64,000 bases of DNA from Stegostoma tigrinum. Its lineage: Eukaryota. Below, in pieces: positions 36,657 through 48,199 of this stretch (its first letter is position 1; each line of letters opens with the position of its first letter). The notes under the pieces are model-generated. The model was not told where the DNA came from, did not search any database, and worked only from the letters and a program-made list of their open reading frames with translations. The DNA lies in NCBI RefSeq assembly GCF_030684315.1, contig NC_081356.1:77484835-77548834 (forward strand), written 5' to 3'. A program made the translations under genes and the position numbers.

Positions 36657-39600
36657 AGAACATAGAACATACAGAACATAGAACATAGAACAATACAGCA
36701 CAGAACAGGTCCTACGGCCCTCAATGTTGTGCCGACCTGTGAACTAATCTAAGCCCCTTCCCCTGCACTATCCCATCATCATCCATATGCTTATCCAAAG
36801 ACTATTTAAATGCCCCTAATGTGGCTGAGTTAACTACATTGGCAGGCAGGGCGTTCCACACCCTTACCACTCTCTGAGTAAAGAACCTGCCTCCGACATC
36901 TGTCTTAAATCTGTCACCCCTCAATTTGTAGCTATGCCCCCTTGTACAAGCTGAAGTCATCATCCTCGGAAAAAGACTGTCACTGTCCACCCTATCTAAT
37001 CGTCTGATCATCTTGTAGGTCTCTATTAAATCCCCTCTTAGCCTCCTTCCCTCCAATGAGAACAGACCCAAGTCCCTTAGCCTTTCTTCATAGGGCCTGC
37101 ACCCCAGACCAGGCAACATCCTGGTAAATCTCCTCTGCACCTTTTCCAATGCTTCCACATCCTTCCTGTAAAGGGGCGACCAGAACTGCACACAGTATTC
37201 CAAATGAGGCTGCACTAGTGTTTTGTACAGTTGCAGCATGACATCAATGCTCTGGAACGCAATCCCTGTACCAATAAAACCTAACACACCATAAGCCTTT
37301 TTAACAGCACTGTTAACCTGGGTGGCAACTTTCAGAGATCTACGTACATGGACGCCAAGATCCCTCTGCACATCCACACTACCAAGAATTTTTCCATTGA
37401 CCCTGTATTCTGCCTTCCTAGTATTCTTCCCAAAGTGAATCACCTCACGTTTATCCGCATTGAATTCCATTTGCCACCTTTCAGCCCAATTCTGCAGTTT
37501 ATCCAAGTCTCCCTGCAACATTTTTCCACACTGTCCACCACTCCACCGACTTGTGTCATCTGCAAACTTACTAACCCATCCACCTATGCCTGCGTCCAAG
37601 TCATCTAAAAAAATGACAAACAGCAGTGGTCCCAAAACAGATCCTTGAGGCACACCACTAGTGACCTGACTCCAGGCTGAATATTTTCCATCAACCACCA
37701 CTCGTTGCCTCCTGACAGAAAGCAGTTTGGATTAGAAACTGGCTAAATCTCCCTCAATCCCGTGCCTCTGTATTTTCGCCAATAGCCTACCATGTGGAAC
37801 TTTATCAAAGGCTTTACTGAAGTCCATGTACACCATGTCAACTGCCCTGCTCTACCCTCATCCACATGCTTGGTCACCTTCTCAAAAAACTCAATAAGGT
37901 TTGTGAGACACGACCTGCCCTTAACGAATCCATTGCTGACTATCTCCAATCAAATTTTTGCTTGCTAGATGATTATAAATCCAATTTCTTATAATCCTTT
38001 CCAAAACTTTTCCTACAACAGACGTAAGGCTCACAGGTCTACAATTACCTGTGTCATCCCTACTGCCCTTCTTGAACAAGGGCACAACATTTGCAATCCT
38101 CCAGTCCTCTGTCTACAGGTTTAGTACCAATGAGGACTCAAAGATCAAGGCCAAAGGCTCAGCAACCACCTCCCTAGCTTCCCAGAGAATCTTCGGGAAA
38201 AATCCCATCTGGCCCAGGGGATTTATCTACCTTCACACCTTCTAGAATTGATAACACCTCCTCCTTACTAACCTCAATCCTTTCAATTCTAGTAGCCCAT
38301 AACTCAGTCGTTTCCTCTACAATATTCTCCTGTTCCTCAGTGAAAACAGATGAGAAATAATCATTTAGCACCTCTCCAACCTCCACAGGGTCCATGCGCA
38401 ACTTCCCATTTCTGCCTTTGACTGGCCCTGTTCCTACCCTAGTCATCCTCTTATTCCACACGTACCTATAGAAAGCTTCAGGGTGCTCCTTTATTCTACC
38501 TGCTAATGTCTGCTCATGTCCCCTCCGTGTTCTTAACTCTCTCCTTAAATCCTTCCTAGCTAATCTGTAACTCTCCATCGCTTCATCTGAACCACCTCGC
38601 CCCATCGTCACATAAGCCTCCCTCATCTGCTTAACAAGAGATACAATTTCTTTGGTAAACCATGGTTCCCTTGCCTTTATCGCTTCCTGCCTACCTGACA
38701 GGGACATACCTATCAAGGACATGCGATATCTGTTCCTTGAATTAGGTCCACATTTCGATTGTCCCCATCCCCTGCATTTTGCTAACCCATTCTATGCCTC
38801 CTAAGTCTTGCCTAATAGCATTATAATTGCCCTTGCCCCATCTATAACTCTTGCCCTGTGGCATGTTCCTATCCTTTTCCATCGCTAAACTAAACATAAC
38901 TGAATTATGGTCATTCTCTCCAAAGTGCTCACTTACCACTAAATCAAACACCTGGCCTGGTTCATTACCACGTACCAGATCCAGTGTGGCCTCCCCTCTT
39001 GTGGGCCCTTTGACATACTGTGTCAGGAAACCGTCCTGCACACGTTGGACAAAAACTGATCCATCCGACGTACTAGAGTTATAGCATTTCCAGTCAATGT
39101 TAGGGACGGGAAAGTCTCCCATAATGACCACCCTGTTCCTTTCACTCCTGCCCAGAATCGTTTTGCCAATCCTCCCCTCCACATTCCTGGAGCTTTGTGG
39201 AGGCCTATTTTTAAAAAAAAAACTCCCAGCAGTGTTACCTCTCCTCTCTTGTTTCTGACCTCAGCCCATACCACCTCAGTAGACGAATCCACATCAAAAG
39301 TTCTTTCAGCCACCGTGTATACTGTCCTTGACTAACGGAGTCACACCTACCCCTCTCTTACCACCTTCCCTGATCTTAATGAAAGATCTAAATCCTGGAA
39401 CCTGCAACATCCATTCCTGAGCCTGCTCTAGCCATGTCTCCGAAATGGCCACAACATCGAAGTCCCAGGTACCTCTCCATGCTGCAAGCTCACCTACCTT
39501 ATTCCAGATATTCCTGGCGTTGAAGTAGACACACTTCAATCCAGCTTGCTGTCTGCCAGCACACTCCTGTGACGGTGAGATCCTGTCCATGTCCTCCCTA

Positions 39601-40925
39601 CTCTCATCCTCCTGTGTACTGGAACTATACCTCAGTTTCCCATGCCCCTTCTGAGCTAGTTTAAATCCACTCGAATAGCACTAGCAAATTTCCCACCCAG
39701 GATATTAGTGCCCCTCTGGTTCAAGTGGAGACCGTCCTGTTTGTAGAGGTCCCTCCTTCCCCAGAATGGGCCCCACTTGTCCATGTACCTGAAGCCCTCC
39801 CTCCTGCACCATCCCTGCAGCCACATGTTCAGCTGAAATCTCTCCCTGTTCTTTGCCTTGCTATCTCATGGCACGGGTAACAAACCAGAAATAACCACTG
39901 TTTGTTCTAGCTCTCAGTTTCCACCCTAGCTCCCTGAAATCCTGCCTGACAAGCCTATCCCTCTTTCTGCCTATGTCGTTGGTGCCTATGTGGGCCATGA
40001 CTTGGGGCTGGTCACCCTCTCCCTTCAGGACCCCAAAGACATGATCGAGACATCACGGACCCTGGCACCTGGGAGGCAACACACCAACCGTGAGTCTTTT
40101 TCGTTCCCGACAAACCTTCTATCAGTCCCTCTAACTATTGAGTCCCCAATGACCTACACTCTCTTCCTATCCCCCGCCCTTCCCTTCTGTGTAAGAGGGG
40201 CAGACTGTGTGCCAGAGATCTGCACCCCAGTGCATGCCCCTGGTAAGTCATCTACCCCCCCCCCCCCCCCCCCCCGCAAACAGTATCCAAAACGGTATAC
40301 TTGTTTTTCAGGGAAACGACCACAGGGGATCCCTGCACTGACTGCCTTTCCCCCTTCTAACAGTTACCCAGCTTTCTTCATGCTTAGGAGTAACTATTTC
40401 CCTGTAACTCTTCTCCAGCACTGACTCTGCCTCCCGAATGATCTGAAGTTCGTCCAACTTCCGCTCCAGTCCCCTAATGCGGTCTTGGAGGAGCAAAAGT
40501 TGGGTGCACTTCCTGCAGGTGTATTTGGATGGGACACTAATGGCGTCCCTCACCTCAATACATCATGCAGGAGGAACATTCCTCCACTTGCACTGCCATC
40601 CCTGCTAGTTCCCTTATCAGAAAGGTTTTAAAAAAAAAAGCTTACCTGATTTGTCCCTGGTGTGTAAGGTTAGACGAGGTAGATGGGTGGGAGGCCTTTT
40701 GTCTCGGGTTTAGTCAACAATCACTTATATAGCTGAGGATGAAAAAAAAGCGTCCCTCCCTTCCCAGAAACCTCTGCTGTGAGGTGCAGCTGCTGCAACC
40801 AGAAATGGAAGGCTCCGACGCTCGAGATAAGCTTTTAGAGTTTTAAAATATTGACTCACCGGCTTCCCAACAAGCCCCTGGTCCAATCTCCCGCTCGTGC
40901 TGCTGCTGCAACCAGAAATGGAACC
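36657..40925 (-). mobile_element. Near-full-length CR1 LINE (ORF1 zinc finger/SGNH esterase, ORF2 APE endonuclease-RT), inactivated
   Basis: ORF1 YTCRKC..., CCLPGARV, HIGTNDIG; ORF2 CVYFNARNI, VAISETW, MGDF, KSPGPDGI, VPQGSVLGP, KFADDT, YCVQFWSP; 3' (AGAACAT)n repeat; several frameshifts. Confidence 0.95.
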
Positions 40926-41438
40926 AGAACATTTTAAAGTTCTGGGTAGGATGTAACTTAGGAGCATGATGTTTTTGTTTCACCAGCAATCTATATTATT
41001 CTTCCTCGTTAAATTTACTACATGTTAGAACATGTTGCATTTCTGCAGAAATAGCTATAATTCCTAATCAATTGCCAAATGACTTTTATATACTGTTTAT
41101 TGCTTGATTTTGTAAGTAAATACAATGAATAAAATTATGATTACATCCTATACAATTCAGGAGTGTAGCAAGTAGAGATTCAGTAAGTGAGAATATTCTT
41201 TAGGTTCACACTCTCAATTTCCATTAAAAAACATGGTGATGAATTGTTTCCGTAGAAACTCAAAATCAGAGTCAGTACTGTACTGCTTATGTGCAGATCC
41301 TAGCATTTTGAGATTAAATTATTTGTTATCATATAATTAACCCCTAAATCTTCAAAGTTTGTCTGTTTGTCTGTTTGTCCAGGTACTGATTCAATGTCAT
41401 AACAGTTAATAAGGATCTCTGATGAATTTACCTTGCAG

Positions 41439-41855
41439 GCTATTCAGAAATGGAAAACAAAGAAGCAACATGAGAAAATGGAGCTCCTGAGGATGCAAGC
41501 AGAAGCAGAAGAGAAGACTGATGCAGAACACCTAGCAAGAGAAAAAGCAAAACAGCTTAGGCTTGAGAAGGAAAGAAAAGAGCGAGAAGCTCAGTTGCAG
41601 TTGTGGAAAAAACAGAAAGAACTGGAACTTGCTCTTGAGAAAGAACGACAAATGAAAGAAGAGGCAGAGAAAATGAAAAGACAAAGGAAAGAAAATCAAA
41701 AACGACTTGAAATTAAAAGAATGCTCAAAGATTCTGCTGAACAAAAGAAGGAGAAAGAAGAGTTTCTACGATTGGAAGCACAAATGAGAGAGGAAGCTGA
41801 AAGAGAAGAAAGGCAGTGGCTTGTGGCAAGAGAAATCTCCAGATTTCAAAAGCGG
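41439..41855 (+). CDS. CCDC112: CCDC112 coding exon 7 (E/K/R-rich coiled coil)
   Basis: ttgcag|GCT ATT CAG AAA TGG...EEFLRLE...EISRFQKR|gtgggt; 417 nt. Confidence 0.95.
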
Positions 41856-42149
41856 GTGGGTCTTTTATAAAGTAATTTGTACATGAAATTGCTAAATGAG
41901 AAAATTTCTTTTAGTTCATTTTTTAAATAGTTAAATACGTAAAAATGCTCCTTTTATTTTCTTGATGTTTAATAAAAAATGTTGCATTTTAAAGAAAAAT
42001 TTTAAGGTGTAATCCTAAAGTATGTCACCACCTTACATTTTACAGTCATGCATTTAACTACATGGTGCTTCCACTTGCAATTTCTACATGAAGGTAACAT
42101 AAAAGGTACTCATATTGCAATTGCTGAAGTTTTTTTTCATACCATTCAG

Positions 42150-42245
42150 GATTTTCAAAAGTTGGAAAGCAAGTTAGCAGAAAAACGAATGAAGCAAGAG
42201 CAGGAGGATGAGCGAGAGAAGAGATTGGCCAAGCTTAAAGAGAAG
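42150..42245 (+). CDS. CCDC112: CCDC112 coding exon 8
   Basis: ttcag|DFQKLESKLAEKRMKQEQEDEREKRLAKLKEK|gtttgg; 96 nt. Confidence 0.93.
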
Positions 42246-45004
42246 GTTTGGCAAATACTAAGTTTAATAGGAGTTGAAAACTCATGTTGGTTGGAAAACA
42301 CTGATTTAACCCCACTTGTTAATGTGAACTTTCTAAAGGACAGTGCTTCAGGTGGTTTAGACTGCTACTTATTAACAGGCTGGTGAATAAGCTAAAACTA
42401 TCTACATTCAGGTATATTTGTAGCTAGTAATCAAAATGCATTCTCATGGATGTCTGCTGTTTTGGTTCTTCCAGTAAAGAACAGTCACTATTGGCTCTTA
42501 AAAGCCTGATCTAGTTTTCAGTGTTCAAGTTCAATAATTTTTAAAGATTAGTTTTGAAGATATGAACTTTAAGACAGAGAATTGTCTGTAATTGTAGTTG
42601 CCCAGATTCGAGCCATTGCAAGCGTTAACCATATGATAGTGAATCTCTACAGAGTTTCAGTTGGCAATGTCTATGTTTTTGTGGATAGTGCTTGCAAAGT
42701 GATGAATCGTCTTAAAAGTAGTTGGTATTTTAAAGGGCTTGAGTGGAAAAAGGATGAATAGTTGATTAAACATTAAGCAGCAGTACATGTTGGAAATCCT
42801 GTAATGATAGAAACATAGCATTAGAAACTCTCATAACGATTTGTGCTGAACACTCTCTATCCATCAAATTGACTGTTGCATAACTTTGCATTAACTTTCA
42901 TACTGCAATTTTAGAGCTAACGGTATTGGAGTCTAACTTTGGGCAGAAGTTCATCTATGTCTAAATGTCTGACCCTTTTTAAAATTTACATTGGCTGTCA
43001 GTTCCACCAACTGACTGAAAATTCTGCAACTCTTACTAAAATCTGTTGACTAACGTTTTGGTGTTTCTTTGATGCCCATAACTTCAAGTTGATTGCTCTC
43101 CAGTGAAATTGCATATTTCTCATTGCACAGACTAAATTTAGCTGCATTTGTCCTGATATATTTTCGCTAAAATCTAGTGTAACATTTTAATCCCCCATGA
43201 TTTATGTCAAACCTCTTTCTAAAACATTTCAACAATCTGCTTTCTCGACTGCACATTAGTTGGTATCTGTGATCACTTGGTACAAGGCGTGTCAATCAGT
43301 ATTGTTAGAACATACAACATATTTTTGGAATATTCAGATAATCAGATCATTTACAAGCTTACTTATTCAAGTTAATTAGAATCTATAGAATTTGGAAGAT
43401 GATCATTGGTCCATTGACTATCTATATAGCCACCCCCTTCAACAGTCTGGTATGTCAGATCCTGGGGAATTATCAACTTTCAACCCCATTAAATTCTCCA
43501 GTACAATCATTTACTAATTTTCTTTAGGGCTTAGTTCTCCCTAGCTACATGGATCACAAGTTCTGGGAGATTTCTTATATCTTCCTCAGTGAAAATAGAT
43601 CTGAAGTTAGCATTGAGATTCTCTACCATTTCTCTATCCCCGAATAATAAATTTTTTCTGACTTTGCCTGTAAAGGACCCGAATTTTGTTTTATCTAAAT
43701 GTTTCCTTTTTATATAGCTATAGAAGCTTTACAGTCTACTTTTGCTGGATTACATTCATGTTCTATTGTCCTTGTTCTTTCAGTTTCTTGGGCCTCCTTT
43801 GCTATATTCCTAAAAGCTCCCAATCCTCACTTTTACTGTGATTTCTGGCAACATTACAGCCCACATCTTTCAATCTTTTGTAATCCTGAACTTCCTTTGC
43901 TAGCTATGGTTAACTGACTTTCAAAGTTTTTGCTCTTTGAAGGATTGTTCAGAACTTGAAAACCATGTAATGTTTATTTAAAGACTTAATAGCCTTTTTA
44001 ATATCATGCCTGTAAATCTCTTTTCTCAATCCATCTCAGCTAATTTGCGCCTTATGCTGTCATTAATTTCCCTAATTTAAGTTTAACATCTTGCTTCAGA
44101 TTTATCTTCTAATTTTGTGGCAGATGCCGCAGCTGTGAGGATTCTAATAGTTTATTAATCCTATTTGCTTTACTTGCTTTAGCATATGATATGCATAACA
44201 AGCGGATCAAGGCAAATGGAATTTTCCCTGCACCTCTTGTCTGTCCCAGGGGTTCTTTTTAAGTAATATTGTAAACAATATAATGAGAACGTTGTGCAAT
44301 TTACATTTATTCAGCAAGAAATATGAGTAAATCACATTATGATTTTTGAGGTAATATCGCTGGGCAAGTAATCCAGAGGCCAAGACAGGCAACAGCAATT
44401 CAGATTTCACCATGTTCTTTGATGCAGTTTAAATTCAATTACTAGATCTGATATTTAAAACTATCCTCAGTTATGATGTCCATCAAACTATCAACAATTA
44501 TCATAGAAGCTCCTCTGATTGCCTAGTGCCTTTTAGGCAATTTAAACCTGCCATTGCCACCTGGTCTGCCATTTATGAATCAACAACCATATAGTTTTAA
44601 ACTGCCTCTTTCAAGCTATTTAGTTCAAAGGCATAAAGATCTGCTATAAATCCCAATTTTGATGGTGGGTTTAGTAATCAGCATCTTAGAAGTTATGTTC
44701 ACATTAAATTAACGGAAAAAATCTTCAGTAGTGGTTAGAAAACTTAAATTGGCAGGATTTGATCTCGATGGCTCTTTGTGTTTTTTAAATGCTGCCATAT
44801 TCATAGAATCCCTATAGTGTGGAAACACGCCATTAGGCCTAACAAGTCCACACTGACACTCCAAAGAGTATCCCACCATTATCCTGGTAACGCTGCATTT
44901 CCCATTGCCTAATTCGCCTAATCCCTGGACACTATGGGCAATTTAGCATGACCAATCCACCTAGCCTGCTCATCTTTGGACTGTGGGAGGAAACCAGAGC
45001 AGGA

Positions 45005-45235
45005 GGGAGTATGGGTCAGTTTGCTCAGTTGACTGATGGTCGGTTTGCACCGCAGAGTCATGCCAACAGAATGCATTAAATTCCTGCACCAGCTGAGGTT
45101 ATGATGAAGAACTCTTTCTCAACCTCTCCCCTCCCCAAAGCATGGTAATCTGCAGGTTAAACTGCCACTAGTTCTTGTTCTAGCGTGAAAGAGCAGTCCT
45201 GTTGGGCCCTGGGACTATGGCAACTTCACCTTTAT
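45005..45235 (+). mobile_element. tRNA-derived SINE of a further family
   Basis: gggtcagtttgctcagttg (A-box-like), a decayed B box, and tail gggactatggcaacttcaccttta. Confidence 0.45.
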
Positions 45236-45589
45236 GGAAGTGGTAGTTGTGATTACATGGAGAGAATTGGCTTGAAGTTAAATTTGAGCTGGTGAACAAA
45301 ATGAAGGTGAATGTCTCCGTTTTCCCAAAAGAACAGAATTCTGAAATCCACCTACTTTATCCTGATACCATGTAACTCGCTGAAAATCCTTCTAAATAGT
45401 GCAGTAGGAAAATACCCATTCAGCTGGTTTTTGAACATACTTTATTTTTATACAAGATTATCATTGAGCCTCTGACAAAATGAATCTTAATGTGGTGTTG
45501 TTCCATACAGGCTAAAGATAGGCTTAGGTTCAACCACGGTCCTGAGTGAATTGATATTCAGGAGGGATAATATTAGATTTTTGTTCCTG

Positions 45590-47355
45590 AAAAACAACAA
45601 AGTCGTTGGAAAAGCTCAGCAGGTCTGGCAGCATCTGTGGAGGAGAAAACAGTTAACGTTTTGTGTCCGGTGACCCTTCCTCAGAACTGATGGTGGCTGG
45701 GAAAATGTCAGTTTATATGCAGAAAATAGGGAGGTGGGTGGGATAGGGAGTAAACAATAGGATAGAGCCCAAAGAGAGAGAAAGACAATTGGACAGGCAA
45801 AGGAGTTGCTCATGATCAGACTGGGAGGGCCTGGTGTGTGGGGTGAGGGGCTGAGACATGGGAGAGTTTAGGCCCTAAAATGATTGAACTCAATTGAGTC
45901 TGGAGGGTTGTAGGGTTCCCAAGAGGAAAAGGAGGTGTTGTTCCTCCAGCTTGCATTGGGCTTCACTGGAACACTGTAGCAAGCCAGAGACACAGATATT
46001 GGCCAGGGAACAGGGTGGTACATTGAAGTGGCAGGCAACAGGTAGTTCAGCGTCTTTTTTGCGAGCAGAACGTAGATGTTCTGCGACACGGTTGCCAAGT
46101 CTATGCTTCATTTCCCTGATGTAGAGGAGACCACATTGTGAGCAGCAAATGCAGTAGACTAGTTTCTTGGAAGTACAGGTGAAGTGTTGCTTCATCTGGA
46201 AGGTATGTTTGGGTCCTTGGATTCTGGGGAGGGAGGAGGTAAATGCGCAGGTTTTGGAACTTCGCTGGTTACAGGGGAAGGTGCCATAGGGCTGTGGAGT
46301 GGTGTTGGGGGTGAACAAAGTATGGACCAGAGTGCCGTGGAGGGAACGGTCCCTGCGGAAGGCAGACCAGGGAGGGAGGGGAATATGTGTCTGCTGGTGG
46401 CGGAAATGGTGTCAGATGATCTTTTGAATATGGATGTTGGTGGGATGGTCGGTGAGCATAAGAGGTACCCTATCGCTGTTGTGGGAGCGGAGAGAAGGGG
46501 TGAGGGCAGAAGTGCAGGAGATGAGTTGGACCCGATTTGAGGGCCTTGTCAACAACAGAGCTGGGGAATCCCCAGTTGAGGAAGAATGTGGACATTTCGG
46601 AGGCTCCTTTGCCAAAACTGGCCTCATGTAAACATATGCGATGAAGAGGGAGGAGCTGAGAGAATGGGATGGAGTCTTTACAGGAAGTGGGTTGTGAGGA
46701 TGTATAATCCAGGTAGCTGTGGGGGTCGGGGTTTGTAATGAATATTAGGGGCCAGTCTATCCTCAGAAATGGAAACAGAAATGTTGAGGAAGGAAAAGGA
46801 GGAGTCAGAGATAGACCAGGTGAAAGTGAGGACAGGGTGGAAATTGGAGGCAAAATTGAAGTTTTCCAATTCTAGATGAGAGAGAGAAGCAGCACCAATG
46901 CTATCGATGTTTCGGAGAAAGAGTTGTGGGTGGACTCAGTGTTGAGTTCAATCATTTTTAGGGCCTAAACTCTCCCATGTCTCAGCCCCTCACCCCACAC
47001 ACCAGGCCTTGTTACCACTATGCCTCCCACTACACACCCCCTGTTGTTAGTCACTAACAGTCCCCATTAACAACTATTCACCCTCGCAGCCTGATCATTA
47101 GCAACTCCTTTGTCTGTCCAACTGCCTTTCTCTCTCTTTGAGCTCTATCCTGTCATTTACTCCCTACCCCACCCACCTTCCTATTTTCTGCATATAAACT
47201 GACGTTTTCCCAGCCATCACCAGTTCTGAGGAAGGGTCACCAGACTCGAAACGTTAATCTGTTTTCTCCACAGATGCTGTCAGACCTGCTGAGCTTTTCC
47301 AGCAACTTTATTTTTGTTCCTGATTTACAGCATCCACAGTTCTTATGGTTTTTAT
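45590..47355 (-). mobile_element. Penelope-like element (RT C-terminus plus GIY-YIG) with an inverted copy of its terminal repeat
   Basis: HSYLDYTSSQPTSCKDSIPFSQ and FTCTSKKLVYCICCSQCGLLYIRE; 45590-45900 is the reverse complement of 46933-47330 apart from an internal deletion. Confidence 0.9.
47221..47262 (+). ncRNA. Minimal hammerhead ribozyme motif (PLE-associated)
   Basis: cagtt-CTGAGGA-a-GGGTC-acca-GACTC-GAAAC-gtta: intact core, 5-bp stem II and palindromic AACGTT in stem III. Confidence 0.7.
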
Positions 47356-47553
47356 TAGATTGTTTTTGTTTTCAGTTACTACTGAGTATCATCATGATGA
47401 CAAGCTTAGATTTGCTACTGCTCAGCTTCATTTACAAACAAAGCCATTACACTCAAGTTAAGTGTCAATAAAGCCCGTAGCTTAATATCAATGGTCACCA
47501 TTTGGAGAGGGGAAGACAACTGCTTCAGAATTATTTCTGTCTTTTCCATTCAG

Positions 47554-47672
47554 ATTGATGCTCAGATACAACGAGATCCATCAAGACTACTAAAACCCAC
47601 CAAAGGTTGGGAGGAACACACAAAAGAGATGGGACCGAATAGTGGTGGTCCTATGCTGTTTCTTCCCCATCG
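47554..47672 (+). CDS. CCDC112: CCDC112 coding exon 9
   Basis: IDAQIQRDPSRLLKPTKGWEEHTKEMGPNSGGPMLFLPHR, the conserved CCDC112 C-terminal motif; donor CG|gtaagt. Confidence 0.95.
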
Positions 47673-47784
47673 GTAAGTGTTTATCATGAGAACAAATCTC
47701 TTAATACTAAAAAGATAAACACACTTAAATTTGCTTTGCTATGTCTCCATGTATAACCATTTTATTTCCTGTGTTGTTTTTCAG

Positions 47785-47815
47785 GGCTATTCCATCTTGG
47801 AGGCAAGGGATATAA
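47785..47815 (+). CDS. CCDC112: CCDC112 coding exon 10 (AIPSWRQGI*)
   Basis: ttttcag|G GCT ATT CCA TCT TGG AGG CAA GGG ATA TAA. Confidence 0.93.
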
Positions 47816-47880
47816 CAATATTATTCCATGAATATTGAAGAATTGTACTGATTAGTTGAAGTGTATATTGTCTATTATTA

Positions 47881-47886
47881 AATAAA
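47881..47886 (+). terminator. Candidate CCDC112 polyadenylation signal AATAAA
   Basis: First AATAAA after the stop codon, 65 nt downstream. Confidence 0.5.
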
Positions 47887-48199
47887 TTATGACAAACTTT
47901 AAAAATAATTCAATAGTTTGAGTTAGTTAAAGTTGTCAAAAGGCAAAAATATATTTCTAAAAATTAGGAAAGGGAATAAGTGTGTATGATTTGGGGGAAA
48001 AAGGAATTGAGAAATGTGAATGTGCAAAGCAATCAACATAGAATTGGAAGGAGAGCTGGAAATATTAGTAACTGGAACAGCATGATAATGCAAGCTAGGG
48101 CTCGGACAGACACAAACAAAGTGCTGGATAGATTCAGCTGGTCTGGCAGCATCTGTGGAGAGAGAACGTTAACATTGAGTTCAGTGAGCCTTCTTCAGA

